This document shows, one piece after another, positions 18,101 through 27,698 of a DNA stretch of 45,234 nucleotides (its first letter is position 1; each line of letters begins with the position of its first letter). The DNA is from Flavobacteriales bacterium (GTDB lineage Bacteria; Bacteroidota; Bacteroidia; Flavobacteriales_D; Sanyastnellaceae). A program made the translations under genes and the position numbers. The notes beneath the pieces were generated by a model. That model made no database searches. It had not been told where the DNA came from and worked only from the letters and a program-made list of their open reading frames with translations. Where the stretch lies: positions 1-45,234 of the forward strand of contig CANIAA010000001.1 in NCBI GenBank assembly GCA_947465255.1. The letters are read 5' to 3'.

Positions 18101-20605
18101 TTGTGCCTAAATGGGGCGTCCCTCTTCCGACGCAAAAATGAGCAAAAAACCTTGAGTTCCACACATTCACTCTCCGAATCGTCAACTTCCTGCATTCATT
18201 GGTTTCAAACGATGGGTTGGGAGGCTGCGCCCTTTCAGCTAGAGAGCTGGGAAGCACAAGTAAATGGGGAACATGGGCTCATCAACGCTCCTACGGGAAG
18301 CGGCAAAACATACGCAGGTATGCTGGCCACCATTGCACGACACAGAAATACAAGAGGAAAAATAAAAGGACTTAAGCTGTTGTGGATAACCCCCATCCGG
18401 GCGCTCGCCGCAGAAATCGAGAAATCGGCCAACCGCGCTATTGCCGGCATGCAAAGCTCACTTACCACCGACATCCGAACAGGTGATACCGACCCTGCAC
18501 GCAGAGCAAAGCAGCTTAAATCATTGCCGAATATTCTCATCACTACACCGGAAACGTTGCACCTCATGCTGTGCTCCAAAAATGCGAGTGAACTTTTTGG
18601 ACAACTCGAGGTCATCGTAGCCGACGAATGGCATGAGCTCATGGGCACAAAACGGGGTGTTCAGGTTGAGCTTGCTTTGAGCCGTCTGAAAACACTTTCT
18701 CCTCGGCTTCTCGTCTGGGGAATTTCGGCGACCATAGGCAATTTGACGGAAGCCATGCAATGCCTGTTGGGTATGAAGACAAGCGGCAAACTCATTCGCA
18801 GCTCTGCTCAAAAAGAATATGAAGTTATTTCCATATTACCCGAAAAGGCGGAACGTATGCCTTGGGCAGGGCACTTAGGGACGCGATTGGCGAAAAGTCT
18901 GTTGCCTATTATTCACCAAAGTACATCCACACTCATTTTCACCAATGTGCGATCGCAGTGTGAGATTTGGTACAGAACGCTGCTAGAGCTCGACCCTTCT
19001 CTGGCGGGTGTTATGGCCATGCACCACGGTAGCATCAGCAAAGAAATACGCGCCTGGGTAGAGGAAGCTTTGTACGAAGGCCGCCTGAAGGCCGTAATCT
19101 GCACGAGCAGTTTAGATTTAGGGGTCGATTTTGCCCCGGTCGAAACCATCATTCAAATTGGCGGACCGAAAGGTGTTGCTCGCTTCGTGCAGCGCGCCGG
19201 ACGGAGCGGACACAGACCCAATGCCAAAAGTAAAATCTATTTTTTGCCCACCCATTCGCTTGAACTCATTGAAGCCTCTGCGCTTCGAAAGGCCATTGAT
19301 GACAACTACCTCGAAAGCAAGCCGCCGCTTACGCTTTGCTTTGATGTACTAATCCAATACATCGTAACGCTGGCATGTGGTGAGGGCTTCGACAGTGATA
19401 AAACATTTCTTGAAGTTAAAGAAACTTGCTCCTTTGCCGAGTTAACCGAAAGCGAATGGAATTGGGTTGTACGCTTTGCTGCAGTGGGTGGTAATTCACT
19501 AGGCAGTTACAGCGAATACTCCAAAATTGTTCTCAAAGATGGCATGTATAAAGTTGAACAGGCGCGTATTGCTAACCGGCATCGTATGTCGATAGGCACC
19601 ATTGTGAGTGACACACTCATGCTGGTGAAACTTCGCAAGGGCGGTATGCTTGGTCACGTGGAAGAATCATTCATATCGCAACTGGAGGAAGGTGATCATT
19701 TCTGGTTTGCAGGTCTCAGCCTGCAACTGCTCAAAGTGAAAGACATGACAGCGTTGGTACGCAAGTCGGAATCAACTACCGGTCGGACTCCTGTGTGGCT
19801 TGGAGGCAGGCTTCCACTCTCTTCGCAGATGAGTGTGATGCTGCGCAAGCAATTGCAAGTTGCCGAACAGAACTCAAGTCAATTGATAAAGACACACCCT
19901 GAGCTTTCTTTTATTCAACCTATTCTGAATCTGCAGCGAATGCGCTCGCATGTGCCACTGGAAAATGAGTTGTTAATAGAAGTTTTTAAAACATCCGAAG
20001 GATTTCATCATCTCTTCTATCCATTTGAAGGAAGGGCAGTACATGAAGGAATAGCCTCACTCCTCGCCTATCGCATCGGAAAAAAAATGAGTATCAGTTT
20101 TTCGCTGGCATACAACGACTATGGCTTTGAACTGCTCAGTGATCAATCTGTGCCCATTGCGGAATTCATTGCATCTAATCTCCTTTCTGCGGATAATCTT
20201 GAAGAAGACATTCTCGCCGGAATTAACGCCGGTGAAATGGCAAAGCGCAAGTTTCGCGAGATTGCAGCTATTGCCGGTTTAGTATTTAAAGGATATCCCG
20301 GTCAGAAAATCAAAGACCGGCATCTTCAAAACTCCTCTCAACTTATTTATCAGGTTTTCGAATCGTATGAGCCCGACAACTTACTCTTACGGCAATCACT
20401 TGATGAAGTCGTCCATCAGCAACTCGAATACACACGCACACGAGAAGCGCTAGAACGTATGCAAAAGCAAAGCTGCATAATACGAATGCCCGAGAAACCA
20501 ACACCTCTGGCCTTTCCGATTATGGTTGATAGACTGCGCGAACAGATGAGTTCAGAAGCACTCATTGAGCGCATCGGAAAAATGACGGTCGAGTGGAGTG
20601 ATTAA
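18101..20605 (+). CDS. Lhr-like DEXH-box helicase (ligase-associated DNA damage response helicase family)
   Basis: 834 aa with Walker A APTGSGKT, DEWH (DExH) and motif VI QRAGRSGH, plus a long Lhr-type C-terminal extension. The start is uncertain: the family-typical WF..GW..PF.Q..W segment lies upstream of the first ATG, so a TTG at 18101 or another non-ATG start is implied. Confidence 0.85.
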   Translation: MCLNGASLFRRKNEQKTLSSTHSLSESSTSCIHWFQTMGWEAAPFQLESWEAQVNGEHGLINAPTGSGKTYAGMLATIARHRNTRGKIKGLKLLWITPIRALAAEIEKSANRAIAGMQSSLTTDIRTGDTDPARRAKQLKSLPNILITTPETLHLMLCSKNASELFGQLEVIVADEWHELMGTKRGVQVELALSRLKTLSPRLLVWGISATIGNLTEAMQCLLGMKTSGKLIRSSAQKEYEVISILPEKAERMPWAGHLGTRLAKSLLPIIHQSTSTLIFTNVRSQCEIWYRTLLELDPSLAGVMAMHHGSISKEIRAWVEEALYEGRLKAVICTSSLDLGVDFAPVETIIQIGGPKGVARFVQRAGRSGHRPNAKSKIYFLPTHSLELIEASALRKAIDDNYLESKPPLTLCFDVLIQYIVTLACGEGFDSDKTFLEVKETCSFAELTESEWNWVVRFAAVGGNSLGSYSEYSKIVLKDGMYKVEQARIANRHRMSIGTIVSDTLMLVKLRKGGMLGHVEESFISQLEEGDHFWFAGLSLQLLKVKDMTALVRKSESTTGRTPVWLGGRLPLSSQMSVMLRKQLQVAEQNSSQLIKTHPELSFIQPILNLQRMRSHVPLENELLIEVFKTSEGFHHLFYPFEGRAVHEGIASLLAYRIGKKMSISFSLAYNDYGFELLSDQSVPIAEFIASNLLSADNLEEDILAGINAGEMAKRKFREIAAIAGLVFKGYPGQKIKDRHLQNSSQLIYQVFESYEPDNLLLRQSLDEVVHQQLEYTRTREALERMQKQSCIIRMPEKPTPLAFPIMVDRLREQMSSEALIERIGKMTVEWSD

Positions 20606-22123
20606 TTAGAAAAGCGCAGTACCCGTCATTTCTGCAGGCTGAGCAACTCCGAGCATTTTAAGAATGGTGGGAGCTACGTCTGCCAATCTTCCTGCAAGCA
20701 CACTTGATACACCTTCATCAATTATCCAAACGGGAACCGGATTGGTCGTGTGAGCAGTATTGGGGGAGCCATCTTCATTCACCGCATAATCCGCATTACC
20801 ATGATCTGCAATAATGACGAAAGAATAACCACACTCTAAACCTGTCTCAACCACTTGCTTCAAACAAGCATCGGTTGTTTCGACGGCCTTTACAATGGCC
20901 TCGAATACACCGGTGTGTCCAACCATATCCGGGTTAGCGAAGTTGAGGCATATAAATCCTGCCGGGTCGTTTCGCATTTCAGTGCAGATAGCATCGGCAA
21001 TGCCATGTGCGCTCATCTCAGGTTGCAAGTCGTAGGTTGCTACCTTCGGAGAGGGCACCATGATGCGTCGCTCGCCGGCGAACTCCTTCTCCCTTCCGCC
21101 GCTGAAAAAGAACGTAACGTGCGGATACTTCTCCGTTTCAGCAATGCGAATCTGCGTGATGGCATTATGCTCCAGCACCTCACCCAGTGTTTGATTGAGG
21201 TTATCCTTGTCGTAAACCACCTTCACGTTTTTGTAAGAATCATCGTAGTTCGTCATCGTCACATAATAAAGTGACATGGGCTTCATGCCGTGTTCAGGCA
21301 ATTCCATTTGAGTAAGCACTTCCGTTATTTCACGACAACGATCAGTTCTGAAATTGAAACATATAACAACATCATCCGAATGAATCACAGCCAGTGGACG
21401 ATTCGCCTCCTCCACTATTACCGATGGTTCGATGAACTCATCGGTGATTCCCGAGGCGTATGATTGTTCGATGACTTCAGAAGCACGTTGATAGCATTTT
21501 CCTTCACCATGCACAAGCGCATCATAAGCACGCTTCACGCGCTCCCAGCGCTTATCACGATCCATCGCGAAATATCGCCCACACACCGTTGCAATTTTTA
21601 CAGGCATTCCGGCAATGTGATTTTCCACTTCACGAATGAATGCTAATCCACTCTTTGGATCCGTATCACGTCCATCCGTAAAAGCGTGTATGAATGTGGA
21701 AACGTCGGTAAAAGTTGCCGCCATGTCGCACAGCGCCTTCAGATGATTGATATGGGAGTGCACACCACCGTCACTCACCAAACCCATCAAGTGCACACGC
21801 TTGCCGTGTTGTGCTGCGAACTGAAATGCATCACGAAGGACCTTATTTTGTGCAAGCTCTCCGTTTCGAATGGCCACATTGATTTTCACTAAATCCTGGT
21901 AGACGACTCTGCCTGCTCCTATGTTCATGTGACCTACTTCACTGTTGCCCATTTGTCCTTCAGGCAAACCAACATTCTCACCATCGGTGCGCAATGTAGC
22001 TGATGGGTAATGCTGTGTCAGGTAATCGGCAAAAGGTGTTTTTGCCGTATGCACAGCATTGCCTGAGTTCAAATCACCATTACCCCATCCATCGAGAATC
22101 ACTAAACAAACTTTCTTACTCAT
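20606..22123 (-). CDS. gpmI: 2,3-bisphosphoglycerate-independent phosphoglycerate mutase
   Basis: 505 aa with iPGM signatures LVILDGWG, GNSEVGHMNIGAGR and ADHGNA. Confidence 0.95.
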   Translation of the reverse strand: MSKKVCLVILDGWGNGDLNSGNAVHTAKTPFADYLTQHYPSATLRTDGENVGLPEGQMGNSEVGHMNIGAGRVVYQDLVKINVAIRNGELAQNKVLRDAFQFAAQHGKRVHLMGLVSDGGVHSHINHLKALCDMAATFTDVSTFIHAFTDGRDTDPKSGLAFIREVENHIAGMPVKIATVCGRYFAMDRDKRWERVKRAYDALVHGEGKCYQRASEVIEQSYASGITDEFIEPSVIVEEANRPLAVIHSDDVVICFNFRTDRCREITEVLTQMELPEHGMKPMSLYYVTMTNYDDSYKNVKVVYDKDNLNQTLGEVLEHNAITQIRIAETEKYPHVTFFFSGGREKEFAGERRIMVPSPKVATYDLQPEMSAHGIADAICTEMRNDPAGFICLNFANPDMVGHTGVFEAIVKAVETTDACLKQVVETGLECGYSFVIIADHGNADYAVNEDGSPNTAHTTNPVPVWIIDEGVSSVLAGRLADVAPTILKMLGVAQPAEMTGTALF

Positions 22124-23052
22124 ACATCATTCTGCTTTTTAAACTTAACCGTAAACAAAGCGCCACCATCGACTTTATTGGTAGCCGTCACTTCGGCACC
22201 GTGCATGCGCGCAACGGCGTCGACTATAAACAAGCCTAATCCTGTTCCTTTCGAGGTTCTGGTTTCTTCGTTTCCGATGCGATAAAATTTTTCGAAGATA
22301 CGTTTCTCTTCGCCTGAAGGAATGCCCGGTCCATGATCGGAAACCGCTAACAATACGTTTCCGCCTGACTGCTGGAGTTCAACCCTGAGGGGCTTGCTAG
22401 AACCATACTTGAGAGCATTATCGATAAGGTTGCCTATCAACACGGATAACATCTGCTCGTCACCTCTTACACGGATAGAAGCTGCAACTTGTCTCTCGAT
22501 TGACACCCCAAAAATTTTTTCAAATCGGCGCACTTCCTGCTCAACCAAATCCGACAACTGCACAATGGAGGAAGTAATTGCCTCCTTGCTACCATCCAGT
22601 CTGGCTGCCATGAGGATATTTTCCGTAAGCGATTGAAGACGCTTTGTTTCTTGCACCGACTGCTGCAGAAGCTCACGACGCTTATCGTCACTCAGCGTTC
22701 GCGTTTGCAACGTTTCGAGGAACAGTTTTACTGCGGCAATAGGGGTCTTTAGCTCGTGCGTTACGGAAAGGAGAAAATTCTTTTCCTTTCGAGCTATGGC
22801 CAATTCACGCGAAACGGTGCGCTGGATATATCGAAACCCAATAGCCAACAGAAGAAAAAACACAATGCCTTCACCCGCCACCATCCACACTTTTGAACGA
22901 AGCTGCAGATATTGAGCATGAATATCAGACTCATTGCTTATAATAATTCGCGCATTCAACTGAACCAATTGGTAGCCCCACCAAATAAGTTGAAGCAAGA
23001 CATAGATAGCCAGTATGTAAAGCACCCGCAGGGCTATTTTCTCTTTACGCAT
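22120..23052 (-). CDS. Sensor histidine kinase (2 TM, HisKA plus HATPase_c)
   Basis: 310 aa with H-box SVTHELKTPIAAV, N-box NLIDNALKYG and G-boxes DHGPGI / GTGLGLFIV. Its stop overlaps the gpmI start (ATGA). Confidence 0.85.
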   Translation of the reverse strand: MRKEKIALRVLYILAIYVLLQLIWWGYQLVQLNARIIISNESDIHAQYLQLRSKVWMVAGEGIVFFLLLAIGFRYIQRTVSRELAIARKEKNFLLSVTHELKTPIAAVKLFLETLQTRTLSDDKRRELLQQSVQETKRLQSLTENILMAARLDGSKEAITSSIVQLSDLVEQEVRRFEKIFGVSIERQVAASIRVRGDEQMLSVLIGNLIDNALKYGSSKPLRVELQQSGGNVLLAVSDHGPGIPSGEEKRIFEKFYRIGNEETRTSKGTGLGLFIVDAVARMHGAEVTATNKVDGGALFTVKFKKQNDV

Positions 23053-23096
23053 TTAGACTTACGAGCAATGTTTTCTTGGATGTGACAAAGATGGGC

Positions 23097-23126
23097 TAAA
23101 AAAAAGGCCCCTTTGCGGGGCCTTTC
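23097..23126 (-). terminator. Rho-independent terminator
   Basis: The minus strand reads AGGCCCC-gcaaa-GGGGCCT followed by TTTTTTTT, just downstream of the stop at 23130. Confidence 0.75.
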
Positions 23127-23129
23127 AAA

Positions 23130-23648
23130 TTACTTCTTCTTTGTGTCCTTTGGGGCAAGCTTTGGCTGTGGACCCGGTGCAGGTGCCGGCTTGGTGCCTT
23201 CTTCTGCAGGCTTGGCTCCTTCCGGGCGTGGCTTAGCTTCCGGAGAGCGACGAGGCATGCGCTTCTCGAAAACCATGTGTGTAGCTTCCGGCTTATTCTC
23301 CTTGTCGTAAGTCACATAATTCTGCTGGAACTTGTAACCAACCGACGACAAATAGTTCATCGCATCAGGAACCGTAGGGAATACCATTGAGCGCATTTCA
23401 GAAAGTTGCTTGATCAACTCCTTATCTGAAAGGCTTGCCAAAATCTCACGACCAAAGTCAGCGCGAATGGTTTGCACACCGGCTGGGTTGGTTCCAATGA
23501 TCAACTCCAAATAGATTATCTCAGGATTTGCAATCGCAAATTTGTTATCCTGTGGTTTTGCAGCCGGGGCTACCGCTGCAGTTTTGTCTTGGGCAAATGC
23601 CAATACAGGCAAAGCCATCAATGCAATCATTACAAACTTTTTCATCAT
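23130..23648 (-). CDS. Secreted hypothetical protein with Pro/Ala/Lys-rich C-terminal tail
   Basis: ORF 23130..23672. The likely start gives MMKKFVMIALMALPVLAFAQ, a signal peptide. The C-terminal 45 aa are low complexity (PEAKPRPEGAKPAEEGTKPAPAPGPQPKLAPKDTKKK). Confidence 0.55.
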   Translation of the reverse strand: MMKKFVMIALMALPVLAFAQDKTAAVAPAAKPQDNKFAIANPEIIYLELIIGTNPAGVQTIRADFGREILASLSDKELIKQLSEMRSMVFPTVPDAMNYLSSVGYKFQQNYVTYDKENKPEATHMVFEKRMPRRSPEAKPRPEGAKPAEEGTKPAPAPGPQPKLAPKDTKKK

Positions 23649-23750
23649 GGTTTCATTTATTAGTGTGGGCAAAAATAACCTTGCTCACCGAGGACGCAAC
23701 GAAAAGCTATTCACAAGCTATTAAATAGCGTTAAAGAAAGGTTAATGGTG

Positions 23751-24551
23751 TCAATGCCATGGGCGCGCAAGCCGGAAATGCTCCTTCACTCTTCCGTTGG
23801 TTCTGTATAGAACACCGAAATCAAAAAAATCAAGCGTAAGTGTAAACCGCGGATCTGCCACGCACGTTTCCCAGGCGGAAGTCATCGATGGTGACCAGTA
23901 TATATCGTCGAGCACGATGACTGTGTTTTCTGACGTGTATGGATAAATCTGATTGAGATACGCCAGGCATGCTTCACCCCGATGATCACCATCAATGATT
24001 ACAAAATCAACCGAGGGCATCTGTTGAAGCACGCCATCCAAGGTATCCGCAAAACGACCGGTGATGGATTTGATGGAATGCAATCCCAGCGCATTCCATG
24101 TTTCTTTCGCCAAAGCGGCAATTGCTTCGCTGCCCTCCAGTGTATAAATTTCACAACCGGGTATTGAATCGGCCAGGTGCGCAGTTGTGATACCCAGCGA
24201 AGTTCCCATTTCCAATATCTGTTTGGATTGCGCATGCTGCGCAAGCAATGAAAGCGCTCTTGCATGCGAACCGGGTTGAAGGGCTGTTCGTGCAATGTCA
24301 CTAACTCTTCGTTTACTGTGATGCTGAGCCCGGCTCCCGGCGCCATAGTCGAGTACATCGAGAACCCTGGATGAATTCCGCAGATGCTTTCTTCGCTGCT
24401 CGATTGCGTCGTGATTTGGACTGCGTCTTTTGTTGCGCAGAATAACGGTTATCAGTTCATAAACGAATGGCGAATGAACTCCGTGCGGACCTCGCGCATA
24501 CCAAAGATGGCGCAAGTATGCATTCACCTCATGCAGACGATTACTCCACAT
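23751..24551 (-). CDS. Class I SAM-dependent methyltransferase
   Basis: ORF 23751..24590. Starting at Met14 (MWSNRL) avoids overlap with lpxD. SAM motif I ILEMGTSLGITT is present, with FVIIDGDH downstream. Confidence 0.7.
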   Translation of the reverse strand: MWSNRLHEVNAYLRHLWYARGPHGVHSPFVYELITVILRNKRRSPNHDAIEQRRKHLRNSSRVLDVLDYGAGSRAQHHSKRRVSDIARTALQPGSHARALSLLAQHAQSKQILEMGTSLGITTAHLADSIPGCEIYTLEGSEAIAALAKETWNALGLHSIKSITGRFADTLDGVLQQMPSVDFVIIDGDHRGEACLAYLNQIYPYTSENTVIVLDDIYWSPSMTSAWETCVADPRFTLTLDFFDFGVLYRTNGRVKEHFRLARPWH

Positions 24552-24558
24552 GGGCTGA

Positions 24559-25590
24559 CTAGCTTTCTGATTTTTTCTGTAATTGTGCAACCTGACGCAA
24601 CAATTCAGGCAACTTCATAAAGCCCAGGTACGATTTTTTGTAGTCCATGAAACCAAAAGCGGGAGAACCTTGAACAATACTATTAGGCTCCTTAATTGCT
24701 GAAGCAACTCCGCTTTGTGCTGCAATCTTGGTTCCATCTGCAATGACGATGTGACCAACAATACCCACTTGTCCGCCTATCATACAATTGCGACCGATGC
24801 GTGTTGAACCTGCAATACCTGTTTGCGCGGCGATCACTGTGTTCTCTCCTATTTCCACATTGTGTGCAACCTGAATAAGATTATCCAGCTTCACACCTTT
24901 GCGAATGATGGTAGACCCGAGAGTTGCTCTATCAATCGTAGTGTTGGAACCAACTTCCACATAATCCTCCAAAATGACATTGCCGATTTGAGGTACCTTC
25001 TGATAGTTGTTTTCCGAATTCGGCGCGAACCCAAATCCATCGCCACCGATAACCACACCACTGTGTAGAGTGCAATTCGCCCCGATTACACAGTCGTTAT
25101 AAATACGTACACCCGCATGAACGACCGTGCCCTCGCCAATTGAAACATACGGCCCGATGGAACAATTCGGGTAGATACGCACTCCCTTTGCAATTCGAAC
25201 TCCCTCTCCGATGTAGGTAAACTCGCCAACATAAACATCTTCTGAAATGCTCGCTGAAGCATCCACGTGCGACTTTTCACTCACAACCGCTTTTGGCATT
25301 CGCAGCTGATGATAAGCCTCTAACAATTTGGCAAAACACGCATAGGGCTCTTCGACGCGAATGAGCGTAAGCGTTGCGGGCAGCGCTTTTTCAGCTTTGA
25401 AATCCATTCCTACAATGGCTATAGAAGCACCGGTCGAATAAATGTGCTCTGTGTATTTTGGGTTGGCCAGAAAGGTGAGAGTACCTGACTTCCCCTCTTC
25501 AATTTTGGAGAGACCGCTTACTGCAGCGTTTGCGTCACCTTCCACTATGCCCGAAAGCATGGCAGCAATTTGTTCGGCCGAAAATTGCAT
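24559..25590 (-). CDS. lpxD: UDP-3-O-acylglucosamine N-acyltransferase
   Basis: 343 aa with an LpxD N-terminal domain followed by a long left-handed beta-helix of hexapeptide repeats ([LIV]-G-x4 periodicity). Confidence 0.93.
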   Translation of the reverse strand: MQFSAEQIAAMLSGIVEGDANAAVSGLSKIEEGKSGTLTFLANPKYTEHIYSTGASIAIVGMDFKAEKALPATLTLIRVEEPYACFAKLLEAYHQLRMPKAVVSEKSHVDASASISEDVYVGEFTYIGEGVRIAKGVRIYPNCSIGPYVSIGEGTVVHAGVRIYNDCVIGANCTLHSGVVIGGDGFGFAPNSENNYQKVPQIGNVILEDYVEVGSNTTIDRATLGSTIIRKGVKLDNLIQVAHNVEIGENTVIAAQTGIAGSTRIGRNCMIGGQVGIVGHIVIADGTKIAAQSGVASAIKEPNSIVQGSPAFGFMDYKKSYLGFMKLPELLRQVAQLQKKSES

Positions 25591-25681
25591 TATACGTGTG
25601 TTTTAGATGGATTAAAAACCTTTGCGAATATACCGTCACGGCGACAATTACCCGAAGTGTCTGCTTCAGCAGACATGACAA

Positions 25682-26959
25682 TTATCGCACTTTAATACGC
25701 GCACCAACCGACTGCATGAGTGTATAAAACTCAGGGAAAGACTTGGATACGGCTTCTGCTGATTGAATATCGACAGGAGCGCCGGCCAAACCAAGCAACG
25801 CGCTTGCCATTGCCATACGATGATCATTGTGTGAATGCAGTTGAGCGGAGCGTATTGCCGCGGGATAAATTTTCATATCCTCATCACGAAGAACTATGCG
25901 CACTCCTGCTTTGGCAAACTCTTGCTGAAGGGCCTTAGCACGATTACTTTCTTTATGCACAAGACGTGATACGCCGGTGATACAAGAGACACCATCCGCA
26001 AATGCTGCAAGAACTGCGAGAGGAGGAAACAAATCAGGACAATGTGTTGCGTCAAACTCAAACGCATGCACATCAGACTGCCATACCTTAATCGCATTCG
26101 TTTGTTTTTCAAAGCGCACACCTGCTCGTTCCAAGGCGTCGAGCACAGCCTTATCCGCCTGTGCGGAATCCAGATTGAGATTACCAACAACCAATCCTTC
26201 TTCGGCTGTCAAGGCGCCCGCAACAAGTAAAAACGCTGCGCTACTCCAATCGCCCGGAACCGTAAGTTCGGTTCCCTTCCAAGCTTTTGGTATGATGTGA
26301 AATCGCTGGTAGGAATCATTCACTACCTCGACTCCAAATCGGGTCAGAACCTCCAGAGTTAGATCGATATAAGGACGACTATTCAAATGACTTACCTCTA
26401 CCACCGAAGGTTCAGAGGCGCGAGCAAGGGCAATGAGCAATCCGGTTAAAAATTGCGATGAAAGGGATGCATCCAACTGAATATTTCCACCCTTAAAAGG
26501 GCCTCGAACACGCATGGGTAAACAACCTTGGTTTGAATCAACCGACACTCCACTTTGCTCAAGTGCGCCAATGAGATCATGAAACGGACGCTTCATCAAC
26601 GAACCTTTACCTGTAATGGTAACCGGCGTTTCGCTCAGCGACGCTATCGACGCAAACATGCGAGAAGCCAACCCCGATTCACCACATTGAACTTCATCTT
26701 TCGCATTGCGAATACCGGCTGCGAAAGCATGCGGGAATCCGCCCTTTATCTCGACTGTTGAACCTTTGCGCGTTACGATAGCACCGAGATCTTGCACGAT
26801 TTGCAACGCTGCTTCGCAATCATCATTATCCGGAAATCGGTGAATGGTTGTGACACCCTTTGCTAGAAGAGCACACGCTATCATTCGTTGTGCATCACTC
26901 TTGCTTCCCGGGGCTTCGATACGCCCCGTCAAAAGCGATGGCCTGACTTCTACCTTCAT
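25682..26959 (-). CDS. aroA: 3-phosphoshikimate 1-carboxyvinyltransferase (EPSP synthase)
   Basis: 425 aa with the N-terminal APGSKSDAQR motif (PGSKS), a two-domain EPSPS pattern, and DHRMAMA near the C-terminus. Confidence 0.95.
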   Translation of the reverse strand: MKVEVRPSLLTGRIEAPGSKSDAQRMIACALLAKGVTTIHRFPDNDDCEAALQIVQDLGAIVTRKGSTVEIKGGFPHAFAAGIRNAKDEVQCGESGLASRMFASIASLSETPVTITGKGSLMKRPFHDLIGALEQSGVSVDSNQGCLPMRVRGPFKGGNIQLDASLSSQFLTGLLIALARASEPSVVEVSHLNSRPYIDLTLEVLTRFGVEVVNDSYQRFHIIPKAWKGTELTVPGDWSSAAFLLVAGALTAEEGLVVGNLNLDSAQADKAVLDALERAGVRFEKQTNAIKVWQSDVHAFEFDATHCPDLFPPLAVLAAFADGVSCITGVSRLVHKESNRAKALQQEFAKAGVRIVLRDEDMKIYPAAIRSAQLHSHNDHRMAMASALLGLAGAPVDIQSAEAVSKSFPEFYTLMQSVGARIKVR

Positions 26960-27684
26960 TTTTTACCGATGTAAATACTGGCAATGCCTCCGCTCAATGG
27001 AATGCAACGACAATCGCGATAGCCTAATTCCTGCATAATGTGGACGAAATCGGAACCGGATGGAAACGCATCAACCGACTCCGGGAGATAGGTGTAAGCG
27101 CGTGCATCTTTCGAAACGAGCTTGCCAATGGTCGGCATGATGTATTTGAAATAAAACGTGAACAGTTGCTTGATAGGAAAACGCTTTGGGCCTGAAAACT
27201 CAATGATGACACCCATGCCACCCGGCTTGAGAACGCGAAGCATTTCACTCATACCCTTGCGCAAGTCCTGAAAATTACGCACTCCAAACGCCACCGTAAA
27301 GGCATCGAAATGACCTGTTTCAAAAGGTAAATTCTCGGAGTCTGCTATTTGAAAAGTGATGGCGTGCTCCAACTTCTTGGCGGCCACTTTTTTCTTGCCC
27401 ACTTCAATCATGCCCGCACTGATGTCCACTCCTATTATCTGCGCGCCTTCCATTTTCATACGCACAGCTTCCAGCGCAAAATCGCCCGTGCCGGTAGCTA
27501 CATCCAGAATGAGTTTTGGGTTTTCCCTCTTCAACAAGCGAATGGCTTTTTTACGCCAGAGCACATCAATACCCAGTGAAAAGAAATGATTGAGGAAATC
27601 GTAGGAATGCGAAATGTTGTCGAACATCTCAGCTACCTGTTGTTTTTTTTCGCCCTCTTGCGAATACGGTTTTACTTCTTGCAC
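26956..27684 (-). CDS. ubiE: Demethylmenaquinone/ubiquinone methyltransferase
   Basis: 242 aa with MFDNISHSYDFLNHFFSLGID.LWRKK and the SAM motif LDVATGTGDFA. ATGA overlap with the aroA start. Confidence 0.92.
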   Translation of the reverse strand: MQEVKPYSQEGEKKQQVAEMFDNISHSYDFLNHFFSLGIDVLWRKKAIRLLKRENPKLILDVATGTGDFALEAVRMKMEGAQIIGVDISAGMIEVGKKKVAAKKLEHAITFQIADSENLPFETGHFDAFTVAFGVRNFQDLRKGMSEMLRVLKPGGMGVIIEFSGPKRFPIKQLFTFYFKYIMPTIGKLVSKDARAYTYLPESVDAFPSGSDFVHIMQELGYRDCRCIPLSGGIASIYIGKK

Positions 27685-27698
27685 GGACTATAACAGAA

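Noticed and set aside
18101-20605. DEXH helicase as part of a Hachiman/DISARM-like defence operon
   Set aside because: It has the Lhr-type architecture with its specific C-terminal domain, and the flanking genes are housekeeping. There is no nuclease or methylase partner.
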